This document shows, piece after piece, positions 37,528 to 45,899 of a DNA stretch of 64,000 bases. The number at the start of each line of letters is the position of its first letter. Position 1 is the stretch's first letter. This DNA is from Fimbriimonadaceae bacterium. Its GTDB lineage: Bacteria > Armatimonadota > Fimbriimonadia > Fimbriimonadales > Fimbriimonadaceae. The position numbers and the translations under genes were made by a program. Where the stretch lies: contig CP075364.1 of the NCBI GenBank assembly GCA_019454105.1, positions 311,362 to 375,361 of the forward strand. The letters are read 5' to 3'. The notes under the pieces were generated by a model. That model was not told the origin of the DNA and ran no database searches. It worked only from the letters and a program-made list of their open reading frames with translations.

Positions 37528-38862
37528 GTGATCGACAGATACCGGACGCCGGCCATGGAGCGCCTCTGGAGCCGAGAGGCCAAGTACCAGCGGTGGCTCG
37601 AGGTCGAACTGGCCGTCTGCGAAGGGTGGGCCGAGGCCGGTGTCGTACCCGAACATGACCTCGCCGTCGTCCGCGAGAAGGCCCGGTTCGACATCGCCCG
37701 GTGCGACGAGATCGAGAAGGTCACCCGCCACGACCTCATGGCCTTCGTCCGCAACGTGAGCGAGTCCGTCAGTGGGATCGACGCCCTCGCTCCCGAAACC
37801 GACCGAAGAGAGGACGGGCCCGAGCGCTGGATCCACTTTGGAGTCACCAGCTACGACGTGATCGACACCGCCCTTGGCATGATGATGCGCGACAGCTGCG
37901 ACGTCCTCCTCGCCTCCATCCAAGGCCTCCAAGCCGCCATCCGGGGCCAGTTCGACCGGCACGGGGCGACAGCGTGCATCGGGCGCACTCACGGCATCCA
38001 TGCCGAACCGGTCACCTTTGGCCATAAACTCCAAGGTTGGTGGTTCGAACTTGAACGAAGCGCGGAGCGCCTCAAAGCCTGTCGCGAAGAGATCGCGGTC
38101 GGCAAGGCGAGCGGCGCCGTAGGAATCCACGCCCACCTCTCTCCCGAGACCGAAGCCACGATCTGTGCCAGTCTGGGGCTGAAACCTGACCCCAACAGCA
38201 CCCAGATCGTCGCCCGCGACCGCCATGCCCACCTCCTCTGCTGTCTGGCCGTGCTTGCCGGGACGTGCGAGAGGATCGCGACCGAGCTCCGCAACCTTCA
38301 GCGCACCGAGATCCTCGAGGTCCAAGAGGAGTTCGCCGCGGGGCAGACCGGCTCTAGCGCCATGCCCCATAAGCGCAACCCCTGGAACAGCGAGACGGTC
38401 TGCGGCCTCGCCCGCGTGGTGCGCGGCAACGCCCATGCCGCTCTCGAAAGCGTCATGACCTGGCACGAGCGCGATCTGTCCAACTCTTCCGCCGAAAGAA
38501 TCATCTTTCCAGACACTTTCCACCTCGCCGACTTCATCCTCGTCCGCCTCACGAGAATCCTCAATGGACTCGTCGTCATGCCCGACAACATGGCCCGCAA
38601 CCTCCGGCTCATGGGCGACCTCGTCTTCAGCGAGCACGTCATGGTCGCCCTCATCGAGTCGGGACTGAGCCGCGAAGCGGCCTACAAAGTCGCCCAAAGG
38701 TGCGCCGCCCAAGCTTGGGACGGGGCCGACTTCCGCACCGCCGTCGCCAGCGACCCCGAAGTCCAAAGCCGCCTCAGCCCCGAGAGACTCGACGAAGCCT
38801 TCAGCCTCGACCATCATCTCCGGCACGCGCCGAAAACCCTCTCAGGGACCCCAGAGGACTGA
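37528..38862 (+). CDS. purB: Adenylosuccinate lyase
   Basis: MIDRYRTPAMERLWS, the HFGVTSYDV region and the signature GSSAMPHKRNP are present. GTG start. Confidence 0.95.
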   Translation: MIDRYRTPAMERLWSREAKYQRWLEVELAVCEGWAEAGVVPEHDLAVVREKARFDIARCDEIEKVTRHDLMAFVRNVSESVSGIDALAPETDRREDGPERWIHFGVTSYDVIDTALGMMMRDSCDVLLASIQGLQAAIRGQFDRHGATACIGRTHGIHAEPVTFGHKLQGWWFELERSAERLKACREEIAVGKASGAVGIHAHLSPETEATICASLGLKPDPNSTQIVARDRHAHLLCCLAVLAGTCERIATELRNLQRTEILEVQEEFAAGQTGSSAMPHKRNPWNSETVCGLARVVRGNAHAALESVMTWHERDLSNSSAERIIFPDTFHLADFILVRLTRILNGLVVMPDNMARNLRLMGDLVFSEHVMVALIESGLSREAAYKVAQRCAAQAWDGADFRTAVASDPEVQSRLSPERLDEAFSLDHHLRHAPKTLSGTPED

Positions 38863-38868
38863 CTCCCC

Positions 38869-39513
38869 ATGTGCGCCCGGTATGTCTTCTTCAGCGGAAA
38901 AGCGTTCAGCGACCAGTTCGGTGGCCTCGCCATCCCCGACCTCGGCCCGCGCTACAACATCGCCCCGACCCAGCCCGTGGTCGCCGTCGCCTCGGGCCCC
39001 GAGGCCAAGGTGCTCCAATGGGGGCTCGTGCCCTCCTGGGCCAAGGATCCCAGCATCGGCGCCCGCATGATCAACGCCCGGGCCGAGACGGTGGCGGAGA
39101 AGCCCTCCTTTCGAACCGCGTTCAAGCGCCGCCGGTGCCTCCTGCCCGCCGACGGGTTCTATGAGTGGGTAGGCGAGAAAGGCCACAAACAACCGTTCTT
39201 CCTCCAAGTGGAGCCAACCCCGTTCGCGTTCGCCGGACTCTGGGAGATCTGGGAAGGACCGGACGGGTACCTCGAGACTTGCACGATCATCACCACCGAG
39301 GCGAACGACGCCGTCCGGCCCATTCATGACAGGATGCCGGTGGTGATCGACCAAGTTGACTACGGCCAGTGGCTGGATACGGCCGCGCGCCCCGAGTCCC
39401 TCATGCCGCTCCTCGCCCCGGCCGCTCCCGATCGGGTCAAGATGTGGCCGGTGGGCAAAGCGGTCGGCAACCCAAGGATCGAAGGGCCGGAACTGATCGA
39501 AGCCATCGCTTGA
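38869..39513 (+). CDS. SOS response-associated peptidase (SRAP/YedK family, abasic-site processing)
   Basis: Met-Cys2 N-terminus (MCARY), YNIAPTQ, INARAET, ADGFYEW and PIHDRMPVVI are present. Confidence 0.85.
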   Translation: MCARYVFFSGKAFSDQFGGLAIPDLGPRYNIAPTQPVVAVASGPEAKVLQWGLVPSWAKDPSIGARMINARAETVAEKPSFRTAFKRRRCLLPADGFYEWVGEKGHKQPFFLQVEPTPFAFAGLWEIWEGPDGYLETCTIITTEANDAVRPIHDRMPVVIDQVDYGQWLDTAARPESLMPLLAPAAPDRVKMWPVGKAVGNPRIEGPELIEAIA

Positions 39514-39526
39514 GCCCGAGTCAAGC

Positions 39527-39883
39527 TCACTGAAGGTGGGCGAGACGCTCGGCCTCCACCGCGCGGTCGGCGGCCGCGTCGGCCTCTTGCTCCAGCGGGG
39601 CCGCGTCGTGCCCCCGGTGCCGGACGTACTGCCAGACGAACGCCGCCAGATAGTGCAGGGTCGTGGGGAACTGGTGCGCCTCTTGCCACACATGGTGGTG
39701 CTCGTGGGCCCGCCACCGGCGCTGGCGCAGATAGAGCCGCCAGGTCAGCGGGTCACGGACCCAAACGGTCTGGCAAAACACGATCGCCCACCGTCGTGGG
39801 AGGAGCAGACGCGCCCAGAGAGCCCCGATCCTGCAGGCATAGCCCTCGGGGTCGATCCGTCTCGCGCCCTTGAGCCACGTCAT
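39527..39883 (-). CDS. Small HExxH-motif protein (DUF4157-like?), hypothetical
   Basis: ORF-track 39527..40252 trimmed to ATG 39883, because the upstream part is the palindromic-repeat DNA. The motif is AHEHHHVWQ. The SD is weak. Confidence 0.4.
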   Translation of the reverse strand: MTWLKGARRIDPEGYACRIGALWARLLLPRRWAIVFCQTVWVRDPLTWRLYLRQRRWRAHEHHHVWQEAHQFPTTLHYLAAFVWQYVRHRGHDAAPLEQEADAAADRAVEAERLAHLQ

Positions 39884-39934
39884 CGTCCCATGGATGGAGA
39901 CCGGCTCTCGGGCCGGAAGGTTCCCCCGCCCCCG

Positions 39935-39968
39935 CCCCCTGCCCCCTCCCCCGTAACGGGGGAGGGGG
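39935..39968. repeat. C5TC5/G5AG5 palindromic unit, short form (copy A)
   Basis: ccccctgccccctcccccgtaacgggggaggggg. The 27-nt core 39942-39968 is a perfect 12-bp stem with a taa loop. This 34-mer is identical to copy D. Confidence 0.7.
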
Positions 39969-40060
39969 AATCCCCGACACGGAAGCCACACGTTTGCCGA
40001 GGTCGGACTGAAGTCCCCCACAGGGGCGCAGGCCTTCAGCCAGGCGCAAGGCTCGAGGAG

Positions 40061-40105
40061 CCCCCTCCCCTGGCCCTGCCCGATAGGGCCGGTTTGATGG
40101 AGGGA
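40061..40105. repeat. C5TC4 palindromic unit, long form, degenerate right arm (copy B)
   Basis: ccccctcccctggccctgcccgatagggccggtttgatggaggga. It aligns with copy C along its whole length. Confidence 0.55.
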
Positions 40106-40126
40106 GATGAATCCTGGAAGGGATCG

Positions 40127-40172
40127 CCCCCTCCCCTGGACTTGCCCGAGAGGGCAGGTCTGGGGGAGGGGG
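40127..40172. repeat. C5TC4/G5AG5 palindromic unit, long form (copy C)
   Basis: ccccctcccctggacttgcccgagagggcaggtctgggggaggggg. It is a near-perfect extended hairpin. Confidence 0.65.
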
Positions 40173-40372
40173 TTGGGGGTGGGGGAAATCCGCTCGATGC
40201 CATCAAGCGGCGGCCCCGTCATCCTCATCTGAGAGCCGCCCCTGAATCTCAAGCGCGCCGCTCCCCGGCCCTTTCATCCTTTCCCCGCTCCCCCCATCCC
40301 CTCGACCCCAAGGAAAGGGGGGCGAGCGTGCCGGAAACCCGAGCGAATCGAGGTTGAAACAAGCTGTGACCC

Positions 40373-40428
40373 TGGGGTGGTCATGGGGTGGTCATGGGGT
40401 GGCCCTGGGGTCGACCCCAGGGCCACCC
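40373..40428. promoter_or_regulatory. 11-bp direct repeats (tggggtggtca x2 plus a partial third) running into a perfect 32-nt palindrome
   Basis: 40397-40428, gggtggccctggggtc|gaccccagggccaccc, is its own reverse complement (checked by hand). It lies ~200 bp upstream of the probable fucosidase start. Its role as an operator is inferred. Confidence 0.4.
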
Positions 40429-40509
40429 ATGGGAGACGGCACGTACGACGCTGGTTGACACGACTGAAACAGGGCACTCCATGGCCTCTAACCCCTGCCG
40501 CCGCCCCCA

Positions 40510-40543
40510 CCCCCTGCCCCCTCCCCCGTAACGGGGGAGGGGG
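40510..40543. repeat. C5TC5/G5AG5 palindromic unit, short form (copy D)
   Basis: This 34-mer is identical to copy A, 575 bp away and in the same orientation. Confidence 0.7.
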
Positions 40544-40628
40544 TTCTTTGAGGCCACCGCCGACCCGAACCCTGAATTCGAGCCATCGTCCGGATGATGA
40601 CCCGCCCTCGTCCGGGTACTGTGCCACC

Positions 40629-42644
40629 GTGACGCTCCGCCTGATCATCGTCCTCGCCCTCATCGCCCTCGTGGTCGCCGCCCATGGCCAGAGCGACAAG
40701 GACGGCCGCATGGACTGGTGGAGAGAGGCCCGGTTCGGACTTTTCATCCATTGGGGCACTTACAGCGTCCTCGCCGGAGAATGGCAAGGCAAAAAGAACC
40801 ACGGCGAATGGATCCGAGAGTCCGCCCAGATCCCGATCGAGCAGTACACCCCGATCAAGGAGCGCTTCGACCCCACCCTCTTCGACGCCCGGGATTGGGC
40901 CCGCATGGCCAAGGACGCAGGCATGAAGTACGTCGTCATCACGACCAAGCACCACGAGGGATTCGCCCTTTTCGATTCGGCGGTGAGCGACTACGACGTC
41001 ATGGCCACCCCCTTTCGGCGCGACGTGATGAAGGAACTGGCCGAGGCGTGCGCCGAGGAAGGTCTCCGCATGGGTTGGTACTACTCCATCATGGATTGGC
41101 ACCATCCCGACTATCTCCCCCGCCGCGCCTGGGAGACGGCCCACCGACCGGCGGTGGGTGCGGACATGGATCGCTACGTAGAGTTCATGCACAAGCAGGT
41201 CGAGGAGCTCCTGACGCGGTATGGCCCGATCGGCGTCATGTGGTTCGACGGCGAGTGGGAGCCGACCTGGAACCACGCGCGCGGCCAGGCTCTCTACGAC
41301 CTTTGCCGCAGGCTCCAGCCGGACGTGATCGTGAACAACCGGGTGGACGTCGGGCGCGGGGGCATGGCGGGGATGAGCGGCGCCGGGTTCGCGGGCGACT
41401 TCGGCACCCCGGAACAAGAGGTGCCCAGCACAGGACTCCCCGGGGTCGACTGGGAGACCTGCATGACGATGAACGACCATTGGGGGTTCTGCCGCGCCGA
41501 CCTCAACTATAAGTCCACCGGCGAGCTGCTCCGCACCCTCTGCGACATTGCGAGCAAGGGCGGCAACTTCCTCTTGAACGTCGGGCCGACCCCCGAGGGC
41601 GAGTTCCCGGCCGAATCGGTGGAGCGCCTGAAAGAGATCGGGGAGTGGATGCGGGCGAACGGCGACGCCATCCATGGCACTCTGGCCGGGCCGTTCGAAA
41701 GCCTGCCATGGGGGCGGTGCACGGCCCGGGGGAACCACCTCTACTTCCATGTTTTCGACTGGCCCAAGGACGGGAAACTCGTGGTGCCGGGCCTGGGGAG
41801 CGAGGTGGAGTCGGCCCGGATCCTGGCGACAGACTCGAGCCTGCAGACCCGGCGCGAGGGCCCGGACGTGGTGGTGCTCCTGCCCCAGGACGCCCCGCAC
41901 AAGGATGTCTCGGTGGTGGAGGTGGTCGTGGCAGGGGGGCCGGTGGTCTATACGGCCCCGAAGATCGTGGCGCCGGCCCCGTTCATGGTGCGGCCGATGC
42001 CGGTGCGGGTCACAGTCGGCCCGGGGATCGAGGCCCGGTACTCCTTGGACGGCACCGACCCGACCCTGGAATCGCCCTTGGCCGGGGAGCGGGTGGTGAT
42101 GGAGCGGCCCGGGACGCTCAAGGTGAGGGGCTTCCATGACGGCCGGGCCGTGACCCGCGTGGTCGAGGCGACGATCACCCAGGCGACACCGCTGGCCCCG
42201 GAAAAGACGGGCGAGGTGGAGCCAGGACTGACCGTGTCGCAATGGCGCGGGGAGTGGGACACGATGCCTGCCTTCAACAAGTTGGGCCCACCTGAGCGGA
42301 CGACGGCCACGGGGTTCTCGATCGACGACATCCCGGACATGGAGCAGGTGGCCCGTGTCTACGAAGGGTATCTGGAGGTGGACAAGGACGACGTCTACGT
42401 CTTCGTTTTGCGCTCGGACGACGGCTCCCGGCTGTGGGTCGGGGGTCGGCTCGTGGTGGACAACGACGGGCTCCATAGCCCGCTCGAAAAGACGGGGGCA
42501 GTGGCCCTGGCCAAGGGACGGCACGCGATCCGGGTGGAGTGGTTCAACAAGACGGGCGGGCTCGACCTGGATCTTCTGGTCGGTGCCGCCGGTGAGGATT
42601 TTGAGCCCATCGACGCCGAGAGGCTCACCCGACCGAGGGGCTGA
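40629..42644 (+). CDS. Secreted GH29 alpha-L-fucosidase with C-terminal PA14 domain
   Basis: ORF-track 40377..42644 trimmed to GTG 40629 (TLRLIIVLALIALVVAAHG, a signal peptide), because the upstream part contains the repeat DNA. WWREARFGLFIHWG and KYVVITTKHHEGF are present. The PA14-like tail reads YEGYLEVDKDDVYVFVLRSDDGSRLWVGG. Confidence 0.85.
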   Translation: MTLRLIIVLALIALVVAAHGQSDKDGRMDWWREARFGLFIHWGTYSVLAGEWQGKKNHGEWIRESAQIPIEQYTPIKERFDPTLFDARDWARMAKDAGMKYVVITTKHHEGFALFDSAVSDYDVMATPFRRDVMKELAEACAEEGLRMGWYYSIMDWHHPDYLPRRAWETAHRPAVGADMDRYVEFMHKQVEELLTRYGPIGVMWFDGEWEPTWNHARGQALYDLCRRLQPDVIVNNRVDVGRGGMAGMSGAGFAGDFGTPEQEVPSTGLPGVDWETCMTMNDHWGFCRADLNYKSTGELLRTLCDIASKGGNFLLNVGPTPEGEFPAESVERLKEIGEWMRANGDAIHGTLAGPFESLPWGRCTARGNHLYFHVFDWPKDGKLVVPGLGSEVESARILATDSSLQTRREGPDVVVLLPQDAPHKDVSVVEVVVAGGPVVYTAPKIVAPAPFMVRPMPVRVTVGPGIEARYSLDGTDPTLESPLAGERVVMERPGTLKVRGFHDGRAVTRVVEATITQATPLAPEKTGEVEPGLTVSQWRGEWDTMPAFNKLGPPERTTATGFSIDDIPDMEQVARVYEGYLEVDKDDVYVFVLRSDDGSRLWVGGRLVVDNDGLHSPLEKTGAVALAKGRHAIRVEWFNKTGGLDLDLLVGAAGEDFEPIDAERLTRPRG

Positions 42645-42647
42645 GAC

Positions 42648-43856
42648 ATGGAGACTCGGGCCCTGTGGTGCCGTCCCGGTGACTTCGGTCTGAGCCCGGC
42701 GAGCACGGACGAGTTCGTCGCTCGGGCGGCCGACGCCGGGTTCACGATGCTGCTTCCCGAGGTGAAGGGGTGCGACGGCCTGCGGTGGCCGAGCGAACGG
42801 TGGCCGTGGGCGGTGGAGGCTCCGTTCGACGAGTTCGATCTTTGCGAGGCGGTGGTGGACTCGTGCCAGCGGCGCGGGGTGGAGTCGCACGCCTGGTTCT
42901 TCGACTTCTTCGAGGGCGAACAGAGCCCGGTGATGCTGCGGCACCCGGACTGGGCGATGCGGGACGCTCGGGGCCGCCCGACCAACGAGGAGCGACTGCG
43001 CGGGGAGCGCTTCACCGGTCTCTGGGCTTGTCCGGCCCAGCGCCCCGGCTACGCCGACCAATGGCTCGTTCCGGTCTATGCGGAACTGGTGGAACGGTAC
43101 GGTTTCGACGGGGTGCACCACGACTATGTGCGCTATCCCGGCGACCTCGCTCCCGACCAGTACTGCTTTTGCGACTGGTGCTTGGAAGACTTGCCGCGGT
43201 GGGGCGGATATCTGAACGGGGCCTATCCTGACGAGCCCTTCGACCATGATCTCTACGACCGCGAGTACCTGGAGGCGCACTGGGAGCAGTCGCCACGGGT
43301 TCTGCCGGCGGCTTGGGAGCGATTGGACCGGGCGGAGAAGAGCCGGTTTTTGCTGGAGGGATCCTTCTTCCGCTATGGGCGGCAAGACCTGGACACGTTC
43401 TTCTATCAGTACCGGAAGGAGGCGGTGCGCCGGTTCGTGCGCGAAGCGAAGGAGGCGGTGGACGCGGTGCGCCCCGGGGTGGGGGTGAGCGCGGCCGTGT
43501 TCAAGAACCCGGTTCACAGCGGGCGGTTCATCGGTCAGGATTGGAGAGAGTTCGCGCCCTGGGTGGATACGATGATCCCGATGGACTATCGCGACCACTT
43601 CCCAGGCAGCTTCGAGCACTACCTGGGGCTTCTAGAGGAGGCAGTGCGGCGCCAGCAGGGGTGGGCGGCGGAGGTCGACCGTCTCTTGATCGGGTTCGCC
43701 TTGTGGCCCTTGGTGCGGGGGACGGAGGACGAGTCGGAGCGGAGAGAGCGGTTCGTCGAGACCTTGAAGCTGGTGAGGCGGCTGAACCCGGCCGGGTTCT
43801 GTGTCTTCTGCGCGGGGGATCTGACCCGGTGGGGCCTGTGGGACGCTTCGGCATGA
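42648..43856 (+). CDS. Glycoside hydrolase-like family 10 (GHL10/DUF187) protein
   Basis: AGFTMLLPEVKG, RGVESHAWFF and YGFDGVHHDYVRYPG fit the GHL10 pattern. No signal peptide was seen. Confidence 0.7.
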   Translation: METRALWCRPGDFGLSPASTDEFVARAADAGFTMLLPEVKGCDGLRWPSERWPWAVEAPFDEFDLCEAVVDSCQRRGVESHAWFFDFFEGEQSPVMLRHPDWAMRDARGRPTNEERLRGERFTGLWACPAQRPGYADQWLVPVYAELVERYGFDGVHHDYVRYPGDLAPDQYCFCDWCLEDLPRWGGYLNGAYPDEPFDHDLYDREYLEAHWEQSPRVLPAAWERLDRAEKSRFLLEGSFFRYGRQDLDTFFYQYRKEAVRRFVREAKEAVDAVRPGVGVSAAVFKNPVHSGRFIGQDWREFAPWVDTMIPMDYRDHFPGSFEHYLGLLEEAVRRQQGWAAEVDRLLIGFALWPLVRGTEDESERRERFVETLKLVRRLNPAGFCVFCAGDLTRWGLWDASA

Positions 43857-43919
43857 GGGCGGCGGCCCGACCCGGTCGCCTGGGGGGCGACGGGGGCCAG
43901 GCCGCTCGCGAGCGGGGCG

Positions 43920-45797
43920 TCACTCGATGGTGACGGGGAAGCGGACAGGGACGATCCGCTGGTTGGTGAAGAGGGGCCAGCCGATCCAGCCACCGCCGAC
44001 CTGTTGTCTCCAGACGTTGCCTTGCCTCTCGCGGACCTTGATCTCATAGGTGTGGCCGAACGAGATCTCCCGGATGCCAGCGACGCTGAAGAGGGCGTTG
44101 TCCACGTGCATCATGGGCCAGGGGTCATTGAAGATGACGGCGGTCGAGTAATTGAACATCCCCAGGAGCTCAGTGGCGCCGCCGTTCACCGTGCGATAGC
44201 GGACGCCACGTCCTTCCGACTTGATGCCGAGGGCCCATAGGCGCCCGCCGTCATTGACGTTCAGACCGGTCTCGCTGAAGCCTTCGGGGTTGTGCTGTCT
44301 GGCCCAAAGTGACTGGAGCGGGTTCTGGAGGGTGACGTTCGCCGGACAGTTGGTCATGAAGATGTCGCCGCGGCCAGTGCCGAGGACGTTCACGCCACAG
44401 CTGTCGGCCACCATCGTCCTTGTGCCCGCGTTCTCGAGGGTCACGGGAGGGCCGCCGAAAGCGTCGATTTGGCGAAAGACCACGGTGGGGGCGGAGGCGT
44501 CATTGACCACGAACTTGCCGTTGCCAACAATGCGGCCCCACCCGATGCCGGTGACGAGACGGACGGGGGCCTTGACCTGGACAGTGCCGTTCACCACGTA
44601 CCAGTTGGGGTCTCCGGGGGGCACGCCCCGAATGGCGACGACGGTCTTGCCTTGGGCGGCGGCGGCGTCGAACGCGGCTTGGAACGCAGCGGTGTCGTCG
44701 CCCCAGTCGCCCCATGTGATGCCGTAATCATCGGCCCAAAGCCACTTGGACGGATCGTTCTCCCAAACCTCCGCAGGTTCGGGCTTGATGGGAAGGTTGA
44801 GCGATGCTTTGGAGCCGCCAAAGAGGCGGAGAGGGGCGTGGGAGACGAACTCTTGGACGCTGGCTGCGTTCACGTCTCCGCTGGGGGTGTCGCTACGGAT
44901 GACCTTGGTGTAGCCGCTGCTCTGGACGTTGCGGGCATAGAGGACGTTGCGGTTGAAGATCGCGGGCCCAGCCATGCCCGGACTTGATGAGAGATTGGCG
45001 TTCACCAAGGCGACGACCCCGCCCCACCATGTCCAGTCGTTGGGGTAGTCGACAAAGAGGGGGAGGGGCGTGTTCTCGACGGTGAGGTCTTCGATGCCGA
45101 CCGCGTTGGCGTTCACATAGACGCCAGTCTCGCGGCAGTTGCGGACGGTCGCCCGGGAGATGGTGCCGCCCCAGCTCCACTGCTTCACGATGCCGATGCG
45201 CATCCCTTCGACGACCACGTCCTGGACGATGTTCGGGCCGCTCTGGTCGCTAAAGCCGCAGTTGATGCCGATGTTGCCATTGCCGGTGACGCGGACATTG
45301 CGGAGAATTCCCGTGTTGTTGGCGAAGAACCGGATCCCGTCGACGTTCGGATTGTTGCCGACGTCCACGGTGACGTTCCGGATGTTGCGCATGAACCAGT
45401 CGGCTGAGCCGCCGCCTTGGTCGCGGGGATGAGTGCGGACCACGCTGAGAACGGTGGGGCTTGCGTTGTCCACGAGTTTGATGACCACGCCGTCGCGCGA
45501 CTGCCCGTAGAGCCACGGGCCGATGGCGACGTTGACGGCGAGGGTGTTGGTCACCTTGTAGGTGCCGTTCGGGAGGTAGACGGCCCGGGTGCGGCCGCCG
45601 ATGCCGGAACTGGCGTCGAGGGCTTGTTGAAGGGCGAGGGTGTCGTCGGCGACGCCGTCACCGACGGCGCCGAAGTCGCGTTTGACATCGATCACGCTGG
45701 GATCGGTCGGGAAGACGATGGAAGCTGACGCGGACGCGGCAAGGAAGATGGCCGTTGCGCCAAGGAGCGAGGGGGCGTTTCGCATGGACGTCTCCAT
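43920..45797 (-). CDS. Secreted tandem right-handed beta-helix protein (pectate-lyase superfamily, GH55-like)
   Basis: It has a signal peptide. DFGAVGDGVADDTLALQQALD is present, and a second similar module begins at GDDTAAFQAAFDAAAAQGK. Confidence 0.7.
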   Translation of the reverse strand: METSMRNAPSLLGATAIFLAASASASIVFPTDPSVIDVKRDFGAVGDGVADDTLALQQALDASSGIGGRTRAVYLPNGTYKVTNTLAVNVAIGPWLYGQSRDGVVIKLVDNASPTVLSVVRTHPRDQGGGSADWFMRNIRNVTVDVGNNPNVDGIRFFANNTGILRNVRVTGNGNIGINCGFSDQSGPNIVQDVVVEGMRIGIVKQWSWGGTISRATVRNCRETGVYVNANAVGIEDLTVENTPLPLFVDYPNDWTWWGGVVALVNANLSSSPGMAGPAIFNRNVLYARNVQSSGYTKVIRSDTPSGDVNAASVQEFVSHAPLRLFGGSKASLNLPIKPEPAEVWENDPSKWLWADDYGITWGDWGDDTAAFQAAFDAAAAQGKTVVAIRGVPPGDPNWYVVNGTVQVKAPVRLVTGIGWGRIVGNGKFVVNDASAPTVVFRQIDAFGGPPVTLENAGTRTMVADSCGVNVLGTGRGDIFMTNCPANVTLQNPLQSLWARQHNPEGFSETGLNVNDGGRLWALGIKSEGRGVRYRTVNGGATELLGMFNYSTAVIFNDPWPMMHVDNALFSVAGIREISFGHTYEIKVRERQGNVWRQQVGGGWIGWPLFTNQRIVPVRFPVTIE

Positions 45798-45899
45798 GGC
45801 CGGTCATGAACCGGCCATGAATCATTCTACGCGCATTGTTGCCAGGATCACCCATTTTCTTTCGATGGTGTGACCGAGATCACAAGACGGTCTGGTCTG

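Noticed and set aside
35949-37847. 632-aa minus-strand ORF across purD, the DUF4870 gene and purB. The same applies to 37363..38826, 27393..28610, 47408..48634, 52589..54484, 12425..13417, 18304..19422, 24802..25962 and 33069..34097.
   Set aside because: All are antisense or out of frame relative to strongly supported genes. All show Arg/Gly/Pro/Asp-rich shadow-frame composition.
39536-40357. 273-aa plus-strand ORF, and the N-terminal extensions of ORFs 39527..40252 and 40377..42644
   Set aside because: The reading frames are produced by the palindromic repeat DNA (PPPPPPAPSPVTGEGE, GGGGRGRGRG). The same repeat is read in different frames in different copies, so it is not coding.
39900-40560. 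Possible CRISPR array, given the repeated GC-rich units
   Set aside because: The units are self-complementary hairpins of two different lengths at irregular spacing: starts at 39935, 40061, 40127 and 40510. There are no uniform spacers and no cas genes in the window.
40488-43619. 1043-aa ORF on the minus strand spanning the fucosidase and GHL10 genes
   Set aside because: It is antisense to two genes that carry clear family motifs. Its composition is Arg/Pro/Gly/His-rich and low-complexity, typical of shadow ORFs in GC-rich DNA. It has no motif of its own.
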